From: Acidobacteriota bacterium
GTDB taxonomy: Bacteria > Acidobacteriota > Aminicenantia > S016-38
NCBI GenBank assembly: GCA_015486055.1
Contig: WFSJ01000025.1
Location: forward strand, 1,189 to 65,188
Reading direction: 5' to 3'
Length of the DNA: 64,000 bases
The notes below the pieces were generated by a model, which ran no database searches, had not been told where the DNA came from, and saw nothing but the letters and a program-made list of their open reading frames with translations. The first letter of the stretch is position 1; every line of letters starts with the position of its first letter. Below, in pieces: positions 57,372-64,000 of the stretch. The translations under genes and the position numbers were made by a program.

Positions 57372-57772
57372 TAGATGAAAGAGTGGAAAAATGGCTCCAA
57401 AAAGCCCTTAATGACTTGGAGGCTGCGAAGCATCTTTTAAAAGTCTCTCCTCCAGAGGAAATTGTGACAGAAGCTGTTTGCTTCCATTCTCAGCAGGCTG
57501 TAGAAAAATTTCTAAAAGCTTTTTTGACTTCCTATAATATCCCTTTTGGAAGAACTCATCATCTTGAATATATAGTAAATCTTGCCTCAAAGGTTGAGGC
57601 TTCCATTTTAAGTTTTTTGGAAGATATGAAAAAGCTCGCACCTTACGCTGTTGAGGTGCGCTATCCCGACGATTTTTACGAACCAACATTAAAAGAGACA
57701 AAAGAAGTTTATGAAATAGCTCTCAAGGTGAAGAAATTTGTCTTACAAAAGATAGGGCAAAATAGAAAGTGA
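57368..57772 (+). CDS. HEPN domain protein (toxin-type partner of MNT)
   Basis: HSQQAVEKFLKAFL...GRTHHLEYI is the HEPN R-x-H core. It overlaps the MNT stop (TTG start at 57368, or GTG at 57383). Confidence 0.75.
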   Translation: MIDERVEKWLQKALNDLEAAKHLLKVSPPEEIVTEAVCFHSQQAVEKFLKAFLTSYNIPFGRTHHLEYIVNLASKVEASILSFLEDMKKLAPYAVEVRYPDDFYEPTLKETKEVYEIALKVKKFVLQKIGQNRK

Positions 57773-57816
57773 AGCATAACCGAAAGATTCGGAAAGAGAT
57801 GTTATTTCCGCTGTGA

Positions 57817-57905
57817 AAGGATTTTCAGATTAGTCTTTCTTCTCATATTGGTTAGAACAGATGACGTGATTATCTTACAGGGAATTCTTGACGAAAGGAG
57901 CAGGA
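57817..57905 (+). repeat. 89-bp direct repeat, copy 2 (downstream of HEPN)
   Basis: Matches copy 1 apart from 2-3 mismatches at the 3' end. The -10 element is lost in this copy. Confidence 0.85.
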
Positions 57906-58045
57906 AGGAAAGGAGCGTTCATTTTTCACTTCACGGTTTTTACTTCTTACATTTCATCGCTCTCAGTGAATATCAAATGAAAGGGTAACTAAGAATTTTT
58001 TTATGGCCTCCACTGGTAAGCATTACTATGCTCTGTAAACTGAGG

Positions 58046-59209
58046 TTAGAAGGAATACTTTATCTCAATAAAAGCCTTTGAGAGCTTCTTGCTCCTTCCG
58101 AAAATGCTGGGCTCAGGTCCCTCAAATATTGATGCTCCTATATACATATTTACACCATCGGAAATTTCATATGTAAATACTGGAAGGAGAAAATAATCTC
58201 CATCGCCAAAATTGTAAACCCCTATGAACCTTAAATTATAATATCCTTCCTTTTTGTAAGAAATCATCCCGGAGGCAGAGTCTCTTTTCCTCCTTTCCAT
58301 TGGGTTCATAAATCCTTCTCTCCATTTAAAAACCCTGTTTTCTATGAATTGAAGGTTGAGAGTTAAATTGTTTGATATATTCCAGTCTGCACCAAGGACA
58401 TACTCGAGATGTGGATTTCTCACAAAGGGGTTGTATCCTTCCCTGTCCTGCGTGAGATAATAAGCTCCTTCTCCTTTGAAAACGAATCTTCCTATTGCAT
58501 AGTCAAAATCAGCACCGAATACCTGCTGAGGTTTATACTCTATGTTCAGAGCGTTTAATTCTGGGATTACAGAGGGGAAAAGTTCAAATCCCCTGAGGTA
58601 TGAAGTTGAAAAATTGAGGCCACCAACAGAAGAGGAAAATCTTACTCCTTCCTGCCAGTTTTCGGGTTTTTGTTCAGGCAGTATTGTCTTTGCCCCTGTA
58701 ATTTCCATCCCCGTTTTGTTGGGTCTAAAAAATGGGACAAAGACAAATTCAAGGCTTGAGGTTCCGAAATACCAGTCCATCTTCGCCGCAGTTACAGAAA
58801 TCCTGTAATCCTCTATCTCAGCGGTCATATTTGTGTAATCCCAGGGAGTTATATTGTCTGTAGGGTTTACCCAGTCCGTTCTTCCCCAGAAGACAAATTG
58901 CTTCCCGAGTTTTAAATCAACAGAGGAAAAATGGAACCTAATGTATGCCTCAACAGGGTAAATTTTAAGAACAGAAGACCTCGGTTCGGAAGGAACTCCT
59001 GTGCTGTTTCTCTCATCAAGATCAAAGTCAAAGGAAGCAAAAAAATCAATGTTTTTTCTCTTCTTTTTCATTGAGAGCTGAAGTCTTGTCCCGTATCTGT
59101 CAAAGCTATATGGCAGGGTGAGTTTTGGATGGGCAAAGAACTTAAGATAACCATGGAAATCGCCTGAGACCAGAATAAGAGGAAACAGCAAAGCTATTAA
59201 TTTTCTCAC
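58046..59209 (-). CDS. putative outer-membrane beta-barrel protein (partner of LolA-like/MMPL module)
   Basis: It has a signal peptide, alternating amphipathic beta-strand pattern, and a C-terminal aromatic residue (IEIKYSF) typical of BAM substrates. It overlaps the LolA-like gene by 4 nt. Confidence 0.5.
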   Translation of the reverse strand: MRKLIALLFPLILVSGDFHGYLKFFAHPKLTLPYSFDRYGTRLQLSMKKKRKNIDFFASFDFDLDERNSTGVPSEPRSSVLKIYPVEAYIRFHFSSVDLKLGKQFVFWGRTDWVNPTDNITPWDYTNMTAEIEDYRISVTAAKMDWYFGTSSLEFVFVPFFRPNKTGMEITGAKTILPEQKPENWQEGVRFSSSVGGLNFSTSYLRGFELFPSVIPELNALNIEYKPQQVFGADFDYAIGRFVFKGEGAYYLTQDREGYNPFVRNPHLEYVLGADWNISNNLTLNLQFIENRVFKWREGFMNPMERRKRDSASGMISYKKEGYYNLRFIGVYNFGDGDYFLLPVFTYEISDGVNMYIGASIFEGPEPSIFGRSKKLSKAFIEIKYSF

Positions 59210-59973
59210 TGGACTAAGTATCTCTTTGTGAACAGTTCCTTGGAAATCCTCTGATTTATTTTTATCGCTTCAAATTCCATTTCGCTCTGACTTCCTGAGA
59301 GAACATTCTTCATCAAAAGGTCTGTCTGAAACCATATATCCTCTATCTTTTTTATCTCCTTAACATAAAGGACCTTCCACAAGGTGGCTGTCCTGTCGTA
59401 GTATTCTGCGTGGACAATGCTCCAGCGGTTCGGGTCAACCCAGTGGATTATCTTGCTGTATTTAGTATCCTTCTCTATTTTTGGGCCTGAAGGAACAGCT
59501 TCAATTCTATAGCATTTTATACTATTGAACTTCACAAATCCAAGGTTTCTGTATTTCCAGTCCTTGAGTTTTGGCTTTCCTATGTCATAATAGCTAAAAT
59601 CAGAACCCATAAATGCCCCACCCTTCCCGCTTGCAGCAATTCTTTTTATCCTCCTTAGAGCTGGAAGATAAAGATATCTTTCGTCTTCGCCCTTTGAATG
59701 CTCTATCAAAAGAAATGCTGTTCCCTCAATATCAGGAGGATACAGGAATTTCATTACCATATCAGAATCCTGCTCTGTCCTCTTTCTTGAATACAACTTG
59801 ATTTTTCTTGTCCTTGTCCTTCCTCTTACCATAATTTTCATTGTTATTTCCCCTTCCATATCATTCCACTCTGTTTTGTTCACGACCTTTTCCATCACCG
59901 CTCTTCCAGTAAGTTCTTCACTGTAAAGCGGGATTAAAAGAACCACAGTTAAAATTAATGCTAATTTTTTCAT
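59206..59973 (-). CDS. outer membrane lipoprotein-sorting protein (LolA-like family)
   Basis: It has a signal peptide. ERYLYLPALRRIKRIAASGKGGAFMGSDFSYYDI matches the LolA-like family signature. Confidence 0.7.
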   Translation of the reverse strand: MKKLALILTVVLLIPLYSEELTGRAVMEKVVNKTEWNDMEGEITMKIMVRGRTRTRKIKLYSRKRTEQDSDMVMKFLYPPDIEGTAFLLIEHSKGEDERYLYLPALRRIKRIAASGKGGAFMGSDFSYYDIGKPKLKDWKYRNLGFVKFNSIKCYRIEAVPSGPKIEKDTKYSKIIHWVDPNRWSIVHAEYYDRTATLWKVLYVKEIKKIEDIWFQTDLLMKNVLSGSQSEMEFEAIKINQRISKELFTKRYLVQ

Positions 59974-62321
59974 TCTTTCCTCCTTTCCGCTGCCTTTCTC
60001 AGGGACTTTGGCTTGAATGTCACGAAGTATATTGGAAGTAAAGTCAGGGCAGCGAAAGCTGTTGTTATCATTGTCAAAGCAAGAAGGAATCCCATTGCCC
60101 TTGCTCCTTTAAACATTGAGAACACAAGGAGCATGAATCCTGAAGCAACAACAAGAGAGTTAAAAACTATTGCAACCCCTGAGGTCTCCATTGAGGGAGT
60201 AAGGCTCTCATTATAATCTTTGGTTCTCATCTCAAATATGTATCTATGGATAAAATGTATTGCATAATCAACTCCTATTCCAATGGCAAGGCTTGATGTT
60301 ACCATTGTCTGAATATCGAGTGGAATACCAAGGGCTCCCATTATTGCAAAATTGAGGAAGATGCCGAAGAAGAGGGGAACCGCATTGAAAATGCCAATTA
60401 TCGCTGAGCGGAACATTATGGTAGTGAGTGCCCATACCAAAAGAAGTGAAGCAATTAAGCTCAGAAATTGCCCCTTTATCACCATTTTTCTTACAACGAG
60501 AATCAGCTTTGCCATTCCTGTTATGTCTGCCTTTATTCCCTTTGCTCTCTCCCTTAGAAATTTCCGAAGCTCCTTATCAATCTTCCTCAGCTCAGAGTCC
60601 CTGTCTGTTTTCACAAAAATTGCTACCCTTGAATTTCTGTAATTGAAATCAACCATATTTGCGAAGTCCTCAGGGGAAGAAGAAAGCTCATAAAGCTGAA
60701 GAAGCTGGGCAATAAGTTTTTTTCCCTCAACTTTGAAGGTTTTTTCCACTTTTTTGCCACCTTCATAAATAAAAGTCTTCTCTTCCTCTATTTCATTGGG
60801 AATCCTATAATAAGAAGAATCGTTGTCGTGGAGAGCTCTGTTTATGAGCTTTACGAAATCAGCAATGGATTGGGTGGAACCAACATTGGGGAGCTTACTC
60901 ACCTGTGTTTCAAGCTGGTCCATTGTTTTAAGAACCGCTGGTTGCTTAATGTATCCGTCCTTATCCCCTTCAAAAAGGACATAAAATGCAGTTGTGCCTG
61001 CAAAATGTTTATTTACGAACTCCGCTGCTTTTCTTACAGGATTTTTCTTTGGAAACTGAGAAATTGAACTTGATTCAACTTTAAGTTTTGAAACTGCAAC
61101 AACTGAAAGAAGAAGAACTATCAGGATTCCTATTAAAACCCCTTTTTTCTTTCTAACAAGGAAATTTGAATATTTCGTCATTACTCCCCTCAGCATCCCT
61201 TTATCAGTTCTCCAATTCTTACCAGCCTTTATCTTCAAAAGAGAAAGCACAGCAGGAACGAAGGAAAGCGACCATATAAGCGCAGATAAGACTCCAAAGG
61301 CTGAAAACAACCCAAGCTCTTCAAGGGATTCCATGTGGCTCGTGTTGAGAGCGATGAATCCTGCCATTGTTGTGAGGGAGGTCATTATAACAGGGGAATA
61401 TAGGTCATGTACAACATTTTTCACAAGCTCCTTTGCATCGGAATACAGTTTGGCCCTCTGATAATAATGGGTGAGGATGTGAATGCTGTCAGCTATACCT
61501 ATCGCCATTATGAGAATTGGCAACATCTCCGTGGAATGGCTGAGGGGCCTTCCTGTAAGAGCCATAAGCCCAAGGGTCCATATAACACTTGATAGGACAA
61601 CTGTCAATGGAATAAGCACCCCTCTCACACTTGAAAATATGAAAAGAAGGAGTAGGAATATGAGTATTATCCCTGATGTGAAGAATATACCCATATCCTT
61701 AGCTATTCCTTTGCTTATATAGAAATTGACAATTGGCTCCCCTGTTGCAAAGACCTTCCCCTTGTGGTTTTTTGAGAAATTATCAAGGAGGGCAAGGAGC
61801 TTTTGCGAGAATTTTTCCTCATCTGCACTTTTACTTAGAGAAACTATTATTGCGGCTGACTTCCAGTCATCTGCTATTAAGCTTTTAAGAAAGGTAGGGT
61901 TTTGGGAAAGGCGGCTTTTCCAGCTCTCTATGTCCTTTTCAGTTTCGGGAAGATCCCTCAACGCTTCTTCAACATCTATGCCCTCCTGCGGGGCTTCAAT
62001 TATCTTAACATTTGTTGGACTAATTACTGAATATGCTTCGGGAAACTCCTCAAGTTTTCCTGTAAGCTCCGCTATTTCCTTCGCCCCTTCAATAGAGAAA
62101 ACATCCCCTTTATATATCACGATTGCCATTGCTTTTGATGGAAAAATCTCCTTCATCTTATCGTAAAGCCTTTTTGCAGGAATGCTTTTCGGAAGAGCCG
62201 CTGTTATATCAGGGTTCATTTTGAGGTTTTTCATCATATATCCGAAAAATACAGTTATTAGGAAAAGGACTATCAATACTTTCCATGGATTTTTTGCAAC
62301 CCAATTTATATAGCTTTTCAT
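59970..62321 (-). CDS. MMPL-family RND-superfamily exporter (HpnN-like)
   Basis: 783 aa with two 6-TM bundles each followed by a periplasmic domain. It has an SSD-like region. Confidence 0.85.
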   Translation of the reverse strand: MKSYINWVAKNPWKVLIVLFLITVFFGYMMKNLKMNPDITAALPKSIPAKRLYDKMKEIFPSKAMAIVIYKGDVFSIEGAKEIAELTGKLEEFPEAYSVISPTNVKIIEAPQEGIDVEEALRDLPETEKDIESWKSRLSQNPTFLKSLIADDWKSAAIIVSLSKSADEEKFSQKLLALLDNFSKNHKGKVFATGEPIVNFYISKGIAKDMGIFFTSGIILIFLLLLFIFSSVRGVLIPLTVVLSSVIWTLGLMALTGRPLSHSTEMLPILIMAIGIADSIHILTHYYQRAKLYSDAKELVKNVVHDLYSPVIMTSLTTMAGFIALNTSHMESLEELGLFSAFGVLSALIWSLSFVPAVLSLLKIKAGKNWRTDKGMLRGVMTKYSNFLVRKKKGVLIGILIVLLLSVVAVSKLKVESSSISQFPKKNPVRKAAEFVNKHFAGTTAFYVLFEGDKDGYIKQPAVLKTMDQLETQVSKLPNVGSTQSIADFVKLINRALHDNDSSYYRIPNEIEEEKTFIYEGGKKVEKTFKVEGKKLIAQLLQLYELSSSPEDFANMVDFNYRNSRVAIFVKTDRDSELRKIDKELRKFLRERAKGIKADITGMAKLILVVRKMVIKGQFLSLIASLLLVWALTTIMFRSAIIGIFNAVPLFFGIFLNFAIMGALGIPLDIQTMVTSSLAIGIGVDYAIHFIHRYIFEMRTKDYNESLTPSMETSGVAIVFNSLVVASGFMLLVFSMFKGARAMGFLLALTMITTAFAALTLLPIYFVTFKPKSLRKAAERRKE

Positions 62322-62893
62322 TTTATTAACTCATTTAACATTTTCTTGAAGGTTTCGCACTCCTGTTTCAAATCTTCAAACTTCATTCCCTGGGAAAGTT
62401 TTATGGACATTCCAATTACATAACTCCAGATGACCTCAAATATCCCAGAAGCATGACCCTTTAAGGTATTTACCTTTTCATCCAAGGGTTTCCTCATGGT
62501 TGCTATCTCCTCCCTAAACTCCTTCCCCAATAAAATTGGTGAGCTCTTCCCAAAGGGAAAAATCAAGCCCAATATATCCTTTCTTTCCTTGAAGTACTCA
62601 ATATAAAAATCAATTAGAGCGGAAAACACTCCAAAGGCATCTCTCATATTCTTTACTGCCTCATAGGCTTTTCTATAAAAATTAGATGTTTCTCTCAGGG
62701 CAACTTCGTAGAAGAGTTCTTCTTTTGAATGAAAATAATAGTAAAGAATTCCCTTTGAAAGCTCTGCTCTCTCCGCTATTTCATCCATGGATGTCTCTTC
62801 ATAGCCTTTTCTTGAGAAAAGCTTCAGCGCAGCATCAAGAATTTCTTTCTTCCTTGCCTCTCTTTCCCTTTCTTTTCTATCCTTCAAACTCAT
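62318..62893 (-). CDS. TetR/AcrR family transcriptional regulator
   Basis: The HTH is ILDAALKLFSRKGYEETSMDEIAERAELSKGILYYYF. The Met at 62893 (MSLKDRKE) has an AAGG RBS; the ORF track extends to 62929. Confidence 0.8.
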   Translation of the reverse strand: MSLKDRKEREREARKKEILDAALKLFSRKGYEETSMDEIAERAELSKGILYYYFHSKEELFYEVALRETSNFYRKAYEAVKNMRDAFGVFSALIDFYIEYFKERKDILGLIFPFGKSSPILLGKEFREEIATMRKPLDEKVNTLKGHASGIFEVIWSYVIGMSIKLSQGMKFEDLKQECETFKKMLNELIK

Positions 62894-62913
62894 TTTGACC
62901 TTATAGTTACATT

Positions 62914-62929
62914 TTGACTTATCAGTCAA
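62914..62929. promoter_or_regulatory. palindromic candidate TetR operator in the divergent TetR / GT-C intergenic region
   Basis: TTGAC-TTATCA-GTCAA is a perfect 5-6-5 palindrome. It is flanked by additional TTGAC (62895) and GTCAA (62935) half-sites. Confidence 0.4.
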
Positions 62930-62973
62930 TCAATGTCAAGGATTTTTTCTTGAAAATAAAGTAAAATATTCAG

Positions 62974-64000
62974 GTGAAATGGATTGTATTTTCCCTTTTC
63001 CTCTTGGGAGCTTTCGTTTGTTTCCTTATGACTTCTCCTCTGGGCTTTGCTCTTCCCGAAATAATATCCCCTATATTTATTTTAATTTCTGCATTTCTCT
63101 ATGGAAAACTCATCCTAAGGGAAGAAAGAAGCGTTGATATTCCAATAGCACTGGGCCTTGTTATAGTTTATTTTTTGTCCTTTCTCATAGGGATATTCAA
63201 ACTGTATTATGCTTTGCCCCTTGCAGTTCTTGTGCTTCTTCCATTTGTAAAACCGAATTTCAGAAAAACTGATCTTCACCTTCACTGGGGTCTTCTCCTG
63301 ACTTTGCCTTCTCTTCTTCTTGTGCTGCCTTTCTCTCTTCTTCCCCCTGTCTTTTACGACGATCTCGTCTATCATTTAGGAACCCCAAATTACTATCTAA
63401 TCCATCATGGAATTGTGTTTTTTCCCTCACATTTTTATTCAAACCTTCCTGTGCTTCAGGCAACGATTTTTTCGCCTCTGCTCAAATTCTTCGGCTCCCC
63501 ACAGTTTTTCAATCTTCTGACCTTGAGTATTACAGGTTACTCAATTTTCCTTCTTTCAAAGGACTTCGGTCTTGAGGGCTGGATAGCTGCTCTTCTTGCG
63601 ATATCAATGCCCATGTCAGTCTTTCTTGCCTCAACTTCCAAAGATGATCTCCTCGTTGCCTTTTTTATAACAACAGGCACAAGGGCATTTTTCAAATGGA
63701 GGGATGGAAAACTCCCAATCTATATTCCCGGGATGATTTTTGGAGCAGCCATATCAACAAAATACACAGCGCTTATAGCTCTAACTATATTTATACTCTT
63801 GCTTTTAGTAATGAATAAAATAAAGCTGAGGCAGGCAATAATCATTTCAGTAATTGCAGGGGGTGTTTTTCTTCCCATTTTGGCGAAGAACACTGTTATG
63901 ACAGGAAACCCGATATACCCTTATATAATTGGCGGAAAGGATATGCCTATAGAAAGACTTCGGATTGTAAAAAGGGATGTCGGCGGGAGAATTTCTTTTT
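62974..64000 (+). CDS. GT-C-like polytopic membrane protein (partial, runs off the window end)
   Basis: A continuous open frame runs from the GTG at 62974 to the window end and is absent from the ORF track because it has no stop. It has multiple TM helices, a loop motif FYDDLVYHLG reminiscent of the first ORF's FFDDEAVYY, and a conserved ISTKYTAL segment. Confidence 0.5.
   Translation, partial: MKWIVFSLFLLGAFVCFLMTSPLGFALPEIISPIFILISAFLYGKLILREERSVDIPIALGLVIVYFLSFLIGIFKLYYALPLAVLVLLPFVKPNFRKTDLHLHWGLLLTLPSLLLVLPFSLLPPVFYDDLVYHLGTPNYYLIHHGIVFFPSHFYSNLPVLQATIFSPLLKFFGSPQFFNLLTLSITGYSIFLLSKDFGLEGWIAALLAISMPMSVFLASTSKDDLLVAFFITTGTRAFFKWRDGKLPIYIPGMIFGAAISTKYTALIALTIFILLLLVMNKIKLRQAIIISVIAGGVFLPILAKNTVMTGNPIYPYIIGGKDMPIERLRIVKRDVGGRISF

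Noticed and set aside
63115-63463. Minus-strand K/E/R-rich ORFs of 86 and 67 aa
   Set aside because: They are antisense to the continuous plus-strand membrane-protein frame (62974 to window end) and have low-complexity composition.

Overview
This 64-kb window is a gene-dense chromosomal stretch (about 67 CDS, 2 tRNAs, no rRNA or CRISPR) from what looks like a thermophilic bacterium. Supporting signs are K/E-rich proteins, groESL, a type IV pilus, and TolC/RND efflux. Several enzymes have their closest characterised relatives in archaea or Aquificae-type organisms: TreT, AS-AR-type AsnA, GpgS/GpgP, and a GT78 Ggs/MGS-like protein. Housekeeping content includes groES-groEL, purC, coaBC, gmk, remA, yloC, gatCA, glmS, mpl, cysS, galT, thyX, glgC, thiE, psd-pssA, nfi, yloV and rmuC. 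Compatible-solute biosynthesis is over-represented: a glucosyl/mannosylglycerate two-step route plus a one-step synthase, a TPS-TPP fusion beside TreT, and glgC. Accessory content includes a minor-pilin/PilY1 operon and a TolC-MFP-metallophosphoesterase-RND operon. There is also a Cys-rich mini-protein followed by an MNT/HEPN toxin-antitoxin pair bracketed by 89-bp direct repeats, and a TetR-MMPL-LolA-like-OMP module. The most unusual item is an asd-like gene inside the phospholipid (psd-pssA-msbA) operon that is split by a single in-frame TGA and lacks the canonical catalytic Cys motif. The ORF track evidently accepts TTG/GTG starts, so several starts were re-evaluated.
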